From NCBI GenBank assembly GCA_964291395.2, contig OZ219856.1, forward strand, positions 1,088,001 to 1,152,000: a stretch of DNA of 64,000 nucleotides, read 5' to 3'. This DNA comes from Alphaproteobacteria bacterium (GTDB taxonomy: Bacteria > Pseudomonadota > Alphaproteobacteria > UBA2966). Shown piece by piece: positions 11,922 through 22,656 of the stretch (positions are counted from its first letter, which is position 1; each line of letters starts with the position of its first letter). Position numbers and translations under genes: made by a program. The notes below the pieces were generated by a model. It did no database searches, was not told the DNA's origin, and saw only the letters and a list, made by a program, of their open reading frames with translations.

Positions 11922-13436
11922 TTGACGGACATCATCGCCCGGCCCTTGGCGGGCACTCGACCGTTCCGTCTGCAGGGCGCGCTGAAGGAAGCCGGTCTCG
12001 CGGCGTTCGTCATGTTCGCCTTGAGCCTCGCCTTGATCGCGGTGCGCGTCGAGGACGTGCCCGGCGGATTGGCAATCCGGTGGCGGCCATTCGACGTGAT
12101 CGCGGCGGTCGTCCTCGTGTTTCTGGGGCGTCTGGGTCTGGCATTCCTGCGCAACAACCGGCCTGCGCCCGTGGCGCTGGCCTCGGGGCTGTTCAGCGCC
12201 GTGATGGCGCTGCTGCTGATCGTCTTGGCGAGCGACGGTGGTGAGGCTAACTGGGCACAATCACTGCTCCCGTTCAGCGGTTTCGTGGTCAATGTCCTTG
12301 TTCTGATCATCTCCCTCGTTCTTACGCTGCGCGCGGGACTGATGTGGCGCCGCGGCGAACGGGCCGACGCGGGCGCGGGCGTCGGAGATACGATGGACCG
12401 GCTCGCGGCCTCCGTGCAGGGCGTTGCCGTCTATGTCATTCCCGTCTTCCTGGTGGCGGTGATAATCTTCCCGTTCCTGCCCTTCGCCGACCGCCGCATT
12501 CTGGATATCGCCATCCTCGTGGTCACGTACATCATGCTCGGCTGGGGACTGAACATCGTGGTCGGGCTGGCCGGTCTCCTTGATCTGGGATACGTCGCGT
12601 TCTATGCGGTCGGTGCCTATGCCTATGCCCTGCTGGCGACGGAAATGGGCATAGGCTTCTGGCTTTGCTTGCCGTTCGCTGGCGCCATGGCGGCACTGGC
12701 GGGCGTGCTTCTGGGATTCCCGGTGCTGCGTCTGCGCGGCGATTACCTCGCCATCGTCACGCTCGGCTTTGGTGAAATGATCCGGATCATCCTCCTGAAC
12801 TGGTACGAAGTCACGAACGGTCCCGACGGCATCTCCGGCATCCCCCGGCCTACGTTCTTCGGCCTGCCGTTCGTGCGATCGCCGCCCGAGGGCGTGGAGT
12901 CGTTCCACAGCTTCTTCGGACTCACCTACGCGCCCGTCGACCGGATCATCTTCCTCTACTACGTGATCCTGGTGATGGCGCTGATCACCAATCAATTCAC
13001 GTTGCGAATCCGCAAGCTACCTGTGGGCCGGGCCTGGGAGGCCTTACGTGAAGACGAGACGGCCAGCCGGTCGCTCGGGATCAATCCTCGCAACACGAAG
13101 CTCACGGCGTTCGGTATCGGAGCGATGTTCGGGGGCTTTGCGGGATCGTTTTTCGCGACACGCCAGGGCTTCATCAGTCCAGAGAGCTTCACGTTCATCG
13201 AGTCAGCGGTGATTCTGGCGATTGTCGTGCTCGGCGGCATGGGGAGTCAGATTGGCGTGGTGCTCGCCGCGGTCCTGTTGATCGGTCTGCCCGAGATGTT
13301 CCGGGAGCTCCAGGAATTTCGGATGCTCGCGTTCGGAGCGGCCATGGTGCTGATCATGATCTGGCGGCCGCGCGGGCTTTTAGCGCATCGGGAACCCACG
13401 ATCCGCCTGTTCGAAAAGGGGGCGGGTAAGCGATGA
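11922..13436 (+). CDS. livM: Branched-chain amino acid ABC permease with extended N-terminus
   Basis: [46 protein letters not shown]. Confidence 0.93.
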   Translation: MTDIIARPLAGTRPFRLQGALKEAGLAAFVMFALSLALIAVRVEDVPGGLAIRWRPFDVIAAVVLVFLGRLGLAFLRNNRPAPVALASGLFSAVMALLLIVLASDGGEANWAQSLLPFSGFVVNVLVLIISLVLTLRAGLMWRRGERADAGAGVGDTMDRLAASVQGVAVYVIPVFLVAVIIFPFLPFADRRILDIAILVVTYIMLGWGLNIVVGLAGLLDLGYVAFYAVGAYAYALLATEMGIGFWLCLPFAGAMAALAGVLLGFPVLRLRGDYLAIVTLGFGEMIRIILLNWYEVTNGPDGISGIPRPTFFGLPFVRSPPEGVESFHSFFGLTYAPVDRIIFLYYVILVMALITNQFTLRIRKLPVGRAWEALREDETASRSLGINPRNTKLTAFGIGAMFGGFAGSFFATRQGFISPESFTFIESAVILAIVVLGGMGSQIGVVLAAVLLIGLPEMFRELQEFRMLAFGAAMVLIMIWRPRGLLAHREPTIRLFEKGAGKR

Positions 13437-14278
13437 CGGCGGCGGATATCCTGGAGTCCGCGCGGCCGCTGCTGGACGTCGAGCATCTGACGATGCGTTT
13501 CGGTGGCCTCGTGGCCATCGACGATGTCTCCTTCGCCGCGGCACCGGAGGACATCACGGCGATCATTGGGCCCAATGGGGCGGGCAAGACGACCGTGTTC
13601 AACTGCCTGACCGGTTTCTACCGGCCTTCGGTCGGACGGTTGACCCTGCACCGGGACGGTCAGGAACACCTGCTCGAGCGCATGGAGGGCCACGATATTG
13701 CCCAGGCCGGTGTGGCGAGGACGTTTCAGAACATCCGATTGTTTCCACAGATGTCCGCGCTCGAGAACCTCATCGTTGCCCAGCACAACAAGCTGATGCG
13801 GGCCTCGGGGTACACGGTGTTCGGATTGATGGGCATGCAGGCCTATTCCGAGGCGGAGGCCCAAGCCGTCGAGCTTGCCCGGTACTGGCTGGAGAGGATC
13901 GAGCTGGTAGACCGTGCGGATGACGATGCGGGCAATCTCGCCTACGGACAACAACGCCGGCTCGAGATCGCCAGAGCGATGTGCACGGAACCCGCGCTTC
14001 TCTGCCTGGACGAACCCGCAGCAGGACTGAACCCACGCGAGTCGGTAGAGCTCGAGGAGCTCCTGCTCTTCATTCGGGAACAGCATGGTGTCGGCATCTT
14101 GCTGATCGAGCATGACATGAGCGTGGTCATGGAGATCTCCGATCACATCGTCGTCCTCGATTACGGGCAGAAAATTGCCGAAGGGACGCCGCAAGAGATT
14201 CGCGACGACCCAGCCGTGATCCGAGCCTATCTCGGCGAGGAGGGCAGTGCCGGTGCCGAGCGAGGCGGGGGCGCGTGA
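13433..14278 (+). CDS. livG: Branched-chain amino acid ABC ATP-binding protein
   Basis: [36 protein letters not shown]. Confidence 0.93.
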   Translation: MTAADILESARPLLDVEHLTMRFGGLVAIDDVSFAAAPEDITAIIGPNGAGKTTVFNCLTGFYRPSVGRLTLHRDGQEHLLERMEGHDIAQAGVARTFQNIRLFPQMSALENLIVAQHNKLMRASGYTVFGLMGMQAYSEAEAQAVELARYWLERIELVDRADDDAGNLAYGQQRRLEIARAMCTEPALLCLDEPAAGLNPRESVELEELLLFIREQHGVGILLIEHDMSVVMEISDHIVVLDYGQKIAEGTPQEIRDDPAVIRAYLGEEGSAGAERGGGA

Positions 14279-15021
14279 TGCTCGAGGTAACCGGGGTCGA
14301 GACCTTTTACGGCAATATTCAGGCGTTGCGCGGAGTCGACGTCTCGATCCAGCAGGGAGAGATCGTGACGCTCATCGGAGCCAACGGCGCCGGGAAGTCC
14401 ACTTTGTTGATGACGATCTGCGGAAATCCCCGTGCGGCATCGGGGCGGATCGCCTTCGAGGACCGAGATATCACGACCCTGCCCACCTACGAGATCGTGC
14501 GGCTGGGAATCGCGCAGTCGCCCGAGGGGCGCCGCATTTTTCCCCGCATGACGGTGTTGGAAAACCTGCAGATCGGCGCGACGATCGCGGAAGAGACCTA
14601 CTACGAAGAAGACGTTCAGCGAGTCTTCAAGCTCTTTCCCCTTCTTTACGAGCGCCAGCATCAGCGCGGCGGCACGTTGTCCGGTGGCGAACAGCAGATG
14701 CTCGCAATCGGCCGCGCCTTGATGAGCCGGCCCAAGCTTCTGTTGTTGGACGAGCCCTCTCTCGGCCTCGCGCCGCGCTTGGTGGCCCAAATTTTCGAGG
14801 TGATCAAGGAGATCAACGAATCGGAAGGTGTGACCATCTTCCTCGTCGAGCAGAACGCCTATCATGCCTTGCGCTTGGCGCATCGGGCCTATGTCATGGC
14901 GAACGGCAACATCCTGTTGACCGGGACGGGCCAAGAGTTGCTCGAAAACGACGAGATCCGCGCGGCGTATCTGGAGGGCGGGGCCAGGAAGACGGATGTC
15001 GGACAGTCGGGGAACGCGTGA
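14278..15021 (+). CDS. livF: Branched-chain amino acid ABC ATP-binding protein
   Basis: GANGAGKST, SPEGRRIF, LSGGEQQM, LLDEPSLGL. Confidence 0.93.
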   Translation: MLEVTGVETFYGNIQALRGVDVSIQQGEIVTLIGANGAGKSTLLMTICGNPRAASGRIAFEDRDITTLPTYEIVRLGIAQSPEGRRIFPRMTVLENLQIGATIAEETYYEEDVQRVFKLFPLLYERQHQRGGTLSGGEQQMLAIGRALMSRPKLLLLDEPSLGLAPRLVAQIFEVIKEINESEGVTIFLVEQNAYHALRLAHRAYVMANGNILLTGTGQELLENDEIRAAYLEGGARKTDVGQSGNA

Positions 15022-15362
15022 TGGAGGGGCTTCTCGGCACCGGCTACGGCGTCTTCTTCATCGTGACCATCGTGGTCATGGGTTTCGCCGCGTACGTGAC
15101 GGGACAGGCCTGCGCGAACACATGGCGTCCCATCGGTCACGTGGTCTTCTACTGCTTCCTACTGGGCTTGACGGACAGGTTTCTGGTCTTTGCCCTGTTC
15201 GAAGGTGAGTTGTTGTCGGTCAGCGGCTACCTCATCGACACCGTGGTGCTGATCGTCATCGCGCTGTTCGCCTTCCGGCTGAACCGGGCCGCACGCCTGG
15301 TGACGCAATACCCGTGGCTTTACGAACGCACGGGGCTCTTGTCCTATCGCAGGCGCGCCTGA
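15021..15362 (+). CDS. Small membrane protein of alphaproteobacterial liv operons (DUF6867-like)
   Basis: ATG overlaps the livF stop; hydrophobic, with A..WRP, RFL.FALF and QYPWLYERTG motifs. Confidence 0.8.
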   Translation: MEGLLGTGYGVFFIVTIVVMGFAAYVTGQACANTWRPIGHVVFYCFLLGLTDRFLVFALFEGELLSVSGYLIDTVVLIVIALFAFRLNRAARLVTQYPWLYERTGLLSYRRRA

Positions 15363-15726
15363 GCCGTCTGTTCCGCGTGATCGGGGCGACATACGCGACG
15401 GCGGCGGAGATACCGCCCAACTTGCTCCACGACCCGTTCCAAGGCCGGGCCGATCGCCCGGGTTATGCTGGCCGGGTCCTGCAGCATGACCTCGCCATGC
15501 TCGGTCAGCAGGCCATGTAGGTCGTTGAATCTGGGCGGAGCGGCTGTCCACTTGTACACAGGGCGGCTGCGATACAGGGGCACATATGTCCCTTGCCCGC
15601 GCGACTCCCCGTGCTACAGTGACGCGAACTGCGGAGCTATCGCAGGGGATGCGAGCGCGCGTCCAGTCCCGGCCGGCGGAGTGCCGGGTCATCGTCGGTC
15701 ACAATCGAGAGGGGAGGAGGATCCCG

Positions 15727-16845
15727 ATGTTTAGCATTCGTGGCAGTCTCGTGGCGGTGCTGGCCGCTTCGGGTCTCGCGCTTGGAGCCAGCGCGGCACA
15801 GGCACAGATCAAGATCGCGACCGCCGGTCCGATGACCGGGCAGTACGCTTCGTTCGGCGAGCAGATGCAGCGGGGCGCGGAGATGGCCGTCGCCGACCTC
15901 AACGCCGCTGGCGGCGTCCTCGGCAAGAAGCTGGAACTGAGCATCGGTGACGATGCCTGCGATCCCAAACAGGCGGTTGCGGTGGCCAACAAGATGGTGA
16001 GCGACGGCGTCGTGTTCATGGCGGGCCATTTCTGCTCGGGTTCGTCCATCCCCGCCTCGAAAGTCTACGAGGAAGAGGGGATTTTGCAGATCTCTCCGGC
16101 GTCCACGAACCCGAAGCTGACGGATGAAGGCGGCGACAACGTGTTCCGTGTCTGCGGTCGTGACGATCAGCAGGGTATCGTCGGAGGAAACCTGCTCGCC
16201 GATGTCTTCGGCGAGAAGAAGATCGCCATCCTTCACGACAAGACGGCGTACGGAAAAGGCCTCGCGGACGAGACCAAGAAGCAGCTCAACAACCGCGGCG
16301 TGACAGAGACCATGTACGAGGCCTATACGGCCGGCGAGAAGGACTACACCGCGGTCATCTCGAAGATGAAAGCCGCCGGCATCGATGCCTTCTACGTAGG
16401 CGGTTACCATACCGAAGCCGGTCTCATGATCCGGCAGGCGCACGAGCAGGGCTACAAACCGCAGCTCGTGTCGGGCGATGCCCTGGTCACGGACGAGTTC
16501 TGGAAGATCACCGGTGCGGCTGGCGAGGGCACGCTGATGACCTTCAGCCCTGACCCCCGGAAGAATCCGGAAGCTGCCGATGTGGTGAAGAAATTCCAGG
16601 CTCAGAACTACGAGCCCGAGGGTTACACGCTCTATACCTACGGTGCCATCCAGGCGTGGGCGCAGGCCGTCGAGAAGGCCGGCTCCACGGACACCAACGT
16701 CGTGATCGAGTCGCTGCGGTCGAACAAGTTCGACACCGTGCTCGGCAACATCGGCTTCGATCAAACGGGCGACGTCACGGCCCCGGGTTACGTTTGGTAC
16801 GAATGGAGCGACGGAACGTACGACTACACCAAGAAGATGATGTAG
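15727..16845 (+). CDS. livK: Branched-chain amino acid ABC substrate-binding protein
   Basis: Signal peptide, AGPMTGQYA, DDACDPKQAVAVAN, GHFCSGSSIPAS; GGAGG RBS. Confidence 0.93.
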   Translation: MFSIRGSLVAVLAASGLALGASAAQAQIKIATAGPMTGQYASFGEQMQRGAEMAVADLNAAGGVLGKKLELSIGDDACDPKQAVAVANKMVSDGVVFMAGHFCSGSSIPASKVYEEEGILQISPASTNPKLTDEGGDNVFRVCGRDDQQGIVGGNLLADVFGEKKIAILHDKTAYGKGLADETKKQLNNRGVTETMYEAYTAGEKDYTAVISKMKAAGIDAFYVGGYHTEAGLMIRQAHEQGYKPQLVSGDALVTDEFWKITGAAGEGTLMTFSPDPRKNPEAADVVKKFQAQNYEPEGYTLYTYGAIQAWAQAVEKAGSTDTNVVIESLRSNKFDTVLGNIGFDQTGDVTAPGYVWYEWSDGTYDYTKKMM

Positions 16846-16871
16846 TCGCGACCGGCACTTGAAATCGGTTT

Positions 16872-16900
16872 GGGCCGGCGGTGGCACCGCCGGCCCTTTC
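16872..16900 (+). terminator. Intrinsic terminator after livK
   Basis: GGGCCGGCGGT-GGC-ACCGCCGGCCC hairpin followed by TTTC. Confidence 0.6.
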
Positions 16901-16939
16901 GGTTGGCGGGGCTGCGGGCGGCCACCCCGGAACGTGCGG

Positions 16940-17740
16940 TCAACGCTCTCCGGTGAAGTTGGGCTCGCGCTTCTCGAACATGGCGTCCACGGCCTCCCGG
17001 TGGTTGGCCGTGTGATGGGCGATCGCCTGCATTCCGCAGGAGAGTTCCAATAGCGTTTCGAGGTCGACGCGCTGTCCTTCCCGGATGAGCCGCTTTGTCA
17101 TTCTCAAGGCTTCAGGAGGATTCACGGCAACACGACCGGCGAGAGCTCGTGCCTCGTCCATCAGGCTTTCTGGTGGAACTACCCGCGACACGAGGCCCCA
17201 TTCGAGCGCCGTTTCCGCATCGAGCCGGTCACCCGTGAAGGACATCTCGGCTGCCCGCGCCATGCCGATGGCACGCGGCAGAAACCACGCGCCGCCATCG
17301 CCTGGGATGATGCCGAGCTTGACGAACACTTCCGCGAAGGAGGCCCGTGTCGACGCGATCCGCATGTCGCACATCATGGCGATGTCGAAACCCGCACCGA
17401 TGGCGGCGCCATTGACGGCCGCGATGATGGGAACTTCCAGACGATACATCGCAAGCGGCATGCGCTGTATGCCTTCACGATAGGCCGATCGGATCTGGGC
17501 GGCCGAGCCACCGAACAGGCTGGTCCGGTCCCGCATGTCCTTGATGTTGCCGCCGGACGAAAAGCCCTTGCCGGCACCTGTCAGAATGATGCACCGGACA
17601 GATAGGTCGTGGTTGATTCGGTCACAGTGAGCAACAAGCGATTCGCAGATGTCCTCGGTGATGGCGTTTCGGGTATCGGGTCGGTTGAGCGTCAACGTGA
17701 CGACGGACCCGTCCTGCTCGCAAACGACTGCATCGGTCAT
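16940..17740 (-). CDS. Enoyl-CoA hydratase/crotonase family protein
   Basis: LTLNRPDTRNA, FSSGGNI, PIIAAVNGAAIGAG, KLGIIPGDGG. Confidence 0.92.
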   Translation of the reverse strand: MTDAVVCEQDGSVVTLTLNRPDTRNAITEDICESLVAHCDRINHDLSVRCIILTGAGKGFSSGGNIKDMRDRTSLFGGSAAQIRSAYREGIQRMPLAMYRLEVPIIAAVNGAAIGAGFDIAMMCDMRIASTRASFAEVFVKLGIIPGDGGAWFLPRAIGMARAAEMSFTGDRLDAETALEWGLVSRVVPPESLMDEARALAGRVAVNPPEALRMTKRLIREGQRVDLETLLELSCGMQAIAHHTANHREAVDAMFEKREPNFTGER

Positions 17741-17824
17741 GGCGGCTTCTTGCCTTTTCTCTTGGTTCATTGGGGATTGAGGAGCATCCAGCGCAGGGTT
17801 CGCCGGATGACCTCCCGAAAGCAT

Positions 17825-17854
17825 CCGGCCGGCGTCGGCCGGCCGGTTTTTTTT
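17825..17854 (+). terminator. Intrinsic terminator, possibly bidirectional, downstream of mucR
   Basis: CCGGCCGGC-GTCG-GCCGGCCGG hairpin with a T8 tail on the + strand. Confidence 0.65.
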
Positions 17855-17875
17855 GTACGTAGGGTAGATGCGACG

Positions 17876-18316
17876 TCAAGCGTCCCTGGCGCGACCGCCG
17901 CCCTTTCCCTTGCGTCCCAGCCCAATCTTTTTGGCGAATTGCGACCGCTGCTTCGCGTAGTTCGGCGCCACCATTGGATAGTCCGATGGAAGCCCCCATT
18001 TGGCGCGGTATTCGTCGGGTGTCATGTTGTACGCAGAACGCAAATGGCGTTTCAGCATCTTGAGGCGCTTTCCGTCCTCGAGACACACGATGTAATCGGG
18101 CGTGATGGATCGTCGAACCGGCACCGCGGGCTTGGAATTGTCGCGATCTTCTACCGGGACGCGGCCGACGGACGACAACGTAGCGTGGACCGTCTTGATG
18201 ACATCCGGCAGCTGCTCCGCAGAGAGGGTATTGTGGCTTACGTACGCCGCGGCAATGTCTGACGCCATGTGAAGGAGTTCGGCGTCAGAAACGCCCGAAT
18301 GTTTGTCTTCCACCAT
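17876..18316 (-). CDS. mucR: MucR/Ros family transcriptional regulator
   Basis: PAVPVRRSITPDYIVCLEDGKRLKMLKRHL, YRAKWGLPSDYPMVAPNY; AT-rich upstream region. Confidence 0.95.
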   Translation of the reverse strand: MVEDKHSGVSDAELLHMASDIAAAYVSHNTLSAEQLPDVIKTVHATLSSVGRVPVEDRDNSKPAVPVRRSITPDYIVCLEDGKRLKMLKRHLRSAYNMTPDEYRAKWGLPSDYPMVAPNYAKQRSQFAKKIGLGRKGKGGGRARDA

Positions 18317-18614
18317 TATTTAGTCCCCCGACGGTCATTAATTCTTCGGTTTTCTTAACCAATTCTCAAGGATGTCCTGCAACGTCACGGCAATGTTAGT
18401 GAGGCGTCGCTATCATTACAAGGTCTCTTCCGCCACCCCATATCCGTATGCTTCCCGTTCGAGACATTGAGGGTTGGTTTACCGGAGGTGGCGTTCTCCG
18501 GTATGCTCAACGTCAGATCGAGACGATTTGGTAGCAGTTGGCACACCCGGACGCGGCAAGCCACGAGACTGTCCGGCATCCTCGTGGAGCCCCAATCAAA
18601 GGGAGTACAATCCA

Positions 18615-19916
18615 ATGTCCAAAATCCTTTCGACGCGCTTGAGCCGGCGCCGGCTGCTCAGTGCCGCCACAACGGCGGCGGGCACTCTGGCGGCGGTGAA
18701 CTTGTTCCCGCGTCGCGTATTCGGCGCGGATCCCGTGATCAAGATCGGTTTTCTCGCCCCCCTGACCGGCGATGTGGCCGCCTGGGGCAAGCCCGGGCTC
18801 GACGGCTGCCGAATCTGGGGTGAATGGATCAACGCGGCAGGCGGGATCAATATCGGCGGCCAGGCTCACAAGGTCGAATTCGTCGCCTACGACAACGAGT
18901 ACGATCCTGCCAAGGCACGCGCTGGCGCGACCAAGCTGATCCGTGAGGACGGCGTCAAATTCATTATGATGCTCGGCGGAGACACGTGGCCAGGTGTCCA
19001 GCCGGTGGCGGACAATACGGGCATGCTGTTCTCGACGCTGCTGCCCTCGGATCTCTCTCCTGACACGGCGACGCTGGTCGCTCCGGCGGAGGTGCATCCG
19101 ATTTACAACGTCACGGGCGTGGACTGGCTGGGGCGGAACCGCCCGGAGTTGAAGTCCTACGTGATCTGCGCGCAGGACGACGCCCTGGGCATCCCCTCCG
19201 TGGCGACCTACCTCGCCGCCTTCGAAGCGGCGGGAATCGAACGCCTCGGCGATCCGCTGCTGTTCGATCCGGCGACTACCGACTTCGCGCCGGTGGTGAC
19301 GAGGATGTTGGCCTCGAAGCCGGACATCGTGTGTCTGGACACGGCTTACACCGACTATGTGCACCCAATATGCGAGCAGCTCTACCTGCAACGCTTCGAG
19401 GGCCAGATCATCTCCTGCACCGCGGATTTCTACGACAAGATCATCGAGCGTACGTCGCGAGAGTTCGTCGAGGGTTTGGTGTTTCAATTCCCCGACTTCG
19501 ACGATCCGGCGCTTGAGACCCAGGGCGTCAACTTCCGCAATCCGAACCAGTTTTTCGAGGAGTACGCCAAGCGCTATCCGGGGGAATGGGGCGCCGTTTC
19601 CTGGGAGTACGCCTCGATCATGGATCTGTGGATGGCCGCCGCCGAAAAGGCCGGCTCCGCCGAGCCCGACGCCGTGCTCGCCGCGATGAAGGAAGGCGGA
19701 AAGGGCCTGCACGCGTTCGGAGAGGCCGACTGGTGGGGCACCGAGCTCTTCGGCATTGACAACGCTCTGGTCGGCAACTGGCCCGTGGTAGTCATCGAGA
19801 ACGGCAAGGCCGTGATCAAGGAGTTCGGCAATATCCCCGAGTGGTGGGCCAAGCATGGTGACCTGCTCGTCAAGCACATGGAAGCTTACGGGCAGATGCA
19901 CTATCAGCGCGGCTGA
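18615..19916 (+). CDS. HAAT-family ABC substrate-binding protein with Tat signal
   Basis: SRRRLL twin-arginine leader; IKIGFLAPLTG, INAAGGI, YDNEYDP. Confidence 0.85.
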   Translation: MSKILSTRLSRRRLLSAATTAAGTLAAVNLFPRRVFGADPVIKIGFLAPLTGDVAAWGKPGLDGCRIWGEWINAAGGINIGGQAHKVEFVAYDNEYDPAKARAGATKLIREDGVKFIMMLGGDTWPGVQPVADNTGMLFSTLLPSDLSPDTATLVAPAEVHPIYNVTGVDWLGRNRPELKSYVICAQDDALGIPSVATYLAAFEAAGIERLGDPLLFDPATTDFAPVVTRMLASKPDIVCLDTAYTDYVHPICEQLYLQRFEGQIISCTADFYDKIIERTSREFVEGLVFQFPDFDDPALETQGVNFRNPNQFFEEYAKRYPGEWGAVSWEYASIMDLWMAAAEKAGSAEPDAVLAAMKEGGKGLHAFGEADWWGTELFGIDNALVGNWPVVVIENGKAVIKEFGNIPEWWAKHGDLLVKHMEAYGQMHYQRG

Positions 19917-20032
19917 TCTTGCGTATCCCGTGTCCTCCGGGACAAGACCGCCCCGGCGCCTAACGGCGTCGGGTATACCGTTGAGTTCCACCCAACCGTC
20001 GGGAGCCTCAATCACGGCATGACGGGTCGGCC

Positions 20033-20902
20033 ATGACCGAGTTGCTGCTCCAGACCGTGGTGAACGCGACCTACGCTGCCAGCTATCTGGCGCTCGTTGC
20101 CGTCGGGCTCGTGCTGATCTTCGGCGTCATGGGCATTATCAACTTCGCTCACGGCGAGTTCTACATGCTCGGCGCCTATTGCGTGGTCGCCGTCTACGCG
20201 GATCTGGCGTTACCGTTCCTGCTCTCGGTGGCAGTGGGGCTGGTGTTCGTAAGCCTCGTCGGGATGGCTGCGGAACGGGCGCTATTCCGCCCGATGCGCG
20301 AGAATCCCCTGGGCGGGCTGGTTGTATCGATAGGGCTGCTGCTCATCCTGCAATCGCTCGCGACCCTCGGGTTCGGCGTGCGCATGGAACACATCCCGCC
20401 TCCGTCGCAGACCGTGGTCCAGCTCGTCGAGGGAGTCGGCATTCCCCTGCAGCGGCTGGTCGTGATTCTGGCCGCCGTGGCGCTCCTCGGCGCGCTCTGG
20501 CTGTTCCTGCGCCGCACCCGATGGGGCTGGGCGCTTCGGGCGAGCGCTCAGGACCCCGAGGCGGCGGCGCTTCAGGGCATTTCGATGGCTGTCGCCTCCC
20601 GCATCGCGTTCGCGATCGGCGCCGCCCTCGCGGGAGTTGCGGGCGCCCTCACGGCGCCGCTGGTGCGCACCTACCCGTACATGGGCCACTCGGTCATCGT
20701 CGCCGCTTTCATCGTCATCATCGTGGGCGGCATCGGAAGCCTTGAGGGGGCAGTGCTCGCGGCGATCGCCTACGCGTTTGCTCACACCTTCGTGACCACC
20801 TTCGTGGACGGCGTGATCGCCGACGTCGTCGGGCTGCTCCTGATGCTCGCGGTATTGATCGTCAAGCCAACGGGCTTGTTCGGAAGCCGTGATCGTGCCT
20901 GA
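20033..20902 (+). CDS. HAAT-family ABC permease (LivH-like)
   Basis: GLVLIFGVMGIINFAHGE, IIVGGIGS. Confidence 0.9.
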   Translation: MTELLLQTVVNATYAASYLALVAVGLVLIFGVMGIINFAHGEFYMLGAYCVVAVYADLALPFLLSVAVGLVFVSLVGMAAERALFRPMRENPLGGLVVSIGLLLILQSLATLGFGVRMEHIPPPSQTVVQLVEGVGIPLQRLVVILAAVALLGALWLFLRRTRWGWALRASAQDPEAAALQGISMAVASRIAFAIGAALAGVAGALTAPLVRTYPYMGHSVIVAAFIVIIVGGIGSLEGAVLAAIAYAFAHTFVTTFVDGVIADVVGLLLMLAVLIVKPTGLFGSRDRA

Positions 20903-21890
20903 AACACGCGCGCTGCGCATTTTCGGCGCGCTCGCGCTCGCCGCCGCCCTGGTGGCGCTGCCGCACGTGCTGAGCTTCTCCCAGCAGGAGATCCTGGTCT
21001 TTCTCGTCATCAACGTCCTGCTGGTTATGAGCTATCGGTTCCTGGCGCTGACCGGAGAGTGGTCGCTGGGGCACGTGGTCATGATGGGCGTGGGGGCCTA
21101 TGCCAGCGCCATCGTGAGCAAACGACTCGGCTTCCCGGTTCCGCTGGCGATGTTTACGGGTGCCGCGGTGGCGGCGGTCGTTGCTTGGTTGCTGAGCTTC
21201 CCCCTGTTCCGCATGAAGGGGTTCTATTTCCTGATCGGCTCCTTCGCCGCCGGAGAAGTCATTCGCCTGCTGTGGAAACGGTTCCGCGATCCCTTCGGAG
21301 GTCCCAAGGGCCTGAAACGGATCGACGAGTTGCCGGACATCGAGCTCGGCGCGCTGCAAATCGATTTCTTCGATCCCGTCGCCTACTACTACTTTTGCCT
21401 GATCGTCGTAGTGGTCTCCCTCTGGTTCCTCTTTCGCGTCGAACGCTCGCGCGTCGGCCTGACCTTCCATGCCATCCACTGGCGCGACAACCTGGCGGCG
21501 TCGGTCGGTGTCGACACGCGCGGCTACCGTACGCTCGCCCTCGTCATCGCCTCGTTTTTCGCCGGGCTGTCGGGAACGCTATTTGCGCACTACGTGGGCG
21601 CTATCAATCCGAACCGCTTCAGCGTCGAAGAAATGGTGTACGTCCTAACCTGGGCGATCGTCGGCGGCACCGCTACGTTCTACGGGCCGATTCTGGGAGT
21701 GGTTCTCCTTACGGCGCTGAACGAGGTGGTGTTTCGCGAGCTCGGATTGGAGCAGGCGCGTCCCCTGATGTATGGCGTCGTCCTCATCGCCTTCGTGATG
21801 TTCCTGCCACGCGGAATCGAAAGCGTCGTGCCGCGACTTCTGCGGGTGGGAGGCGGACTTTCGCTGTCCGGCGGGCGGCGTGGAACCTGA
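20889..21890 (+). CDS. HAAT-family ABC permease (LivM-like)
   Basis: TGEWSLGH, FRMKGFYF, WAIVGG..FYGP. Confidence 0.88.
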   Translation: MIVPETRALRIFGALALAAALVALPHVLSFSQQEILVFLVINVLLVMSYRFLALTGEWSLGHVVMMGVGAYASAIVSKRLGFPVPLAMFTGAAVAAVVAWLLSFPLFRMKGFYFLIGSFAAGEVIRLLWKRFRDPFGGPKGLKRIDELPDIELGALQIDFFDPVAYYYFCLIVVVVSLWFLFRVERSRVGLTFHAIHWRDNLAASVGVDTRGYRTLALVIASFFAGLSGTLFAHYVGAINPNRFSVEEMVYVLTWAIVGGTATFYGPILGVVLLTALNEVVFRELGLEQARPLMYGVVLIAFVMFLPRGIESVVPRLLRVGGGLSLSGGRRGT

Positions 21891-22656
21891 CATGGAGGTG
21901 CTTCGCGTAGAGGGACTGGTCAAGCGCTTTGCCGGTATCGTCGCGGTCGACGGCCTCGACCTCGCGGTACGCGAGGGAGAGATCCGCGGTCTTATCGGAC
22001 CGAACGGCGCGGGCAAGACGACGACCTTCAACGTAATCAGCGGCCTGTTCGCGCCGAGTGCCGGCCGCATCGTCTATCGCGGCGAGGATGTTTCCGGACT
22101 GCCGATGCACCGGATCGCGGGCAAGGGCTTGGTGCGTACCTTCCAGCATTCGACATTGTGTCTGGAGATGCGGGTTTTCGAAAACGTGCTGATCGGGCGT
22201 CATCTCCACAACCGTTCCGATCCCGTATCCTTGCTGTTCCGTCGGGGGCGCTGGCGGGAGGCGGAGGACCGCGAGCATGTCGACGAAGTCCTGCGTTTCT
22301 TCGAGTTGGAGCCCCATCGCGACGCGCTCGCGTCAGAGCTCCCCTACGGCGCTCAGCGGGCGCTCGGCATGGCGATCGCGCTTGCGGCCGGGCCGGACAC
22401 CATCCTGCTCGATGAACCGTTCACCGGCATGAACCCAGAGGAAACACGCCGCATGATGGGGCTGGTCGAAGCGCTGCGAGAGCGCGGCATCACCATTCTT
22501 CTCGTCGAGCACGACATGCAGGCGGTCATGGGGCTTTGCGATCGTATTACGGTGATGAACTTCGGCCGCTTTCTCGCAGAGGGAACCCCGGCGGAGATCC
22601 GTGCTGACGCCAGGGTCGTCGAAGCCTATCTCGGAAGCTCCCGCCGTGCTTCTTGA
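21880..22656 (+). CDS. ABC ATP-binding protein (LivG-like)
   Basis: [27 protein letters not shown]. Confidence 0.9.
   Translation: MEPDMEVLRVEGLVKRFAGIVAVDGLDLAVREGEIRGLIGPNGAGKTTTFNVISGLFAPSAGRIVYRGEDVSGLPMHRIAGKGLVRTFQHSTLCLEMRVFENVLIGRHLHNRSDPVSLLFRRGRWREAEDREHVDEVLRFFELEPHRDALASELPYGAQRALGMAIALAAGPDTILLDEPFTGMNPEETRRMMGLVEALRERGITILLVEHDMQAVMGLCDRITVMNFGRFLAEGTPAEIRADARVVEAYLGSSRRAS

Noticed and set aside
18338-18360. TTAA...TTAA upstream of mucR as a CtrA box
   Set aside because: The spacing is 13 nt rather than 7; it is simply an AT-rich promoter region.
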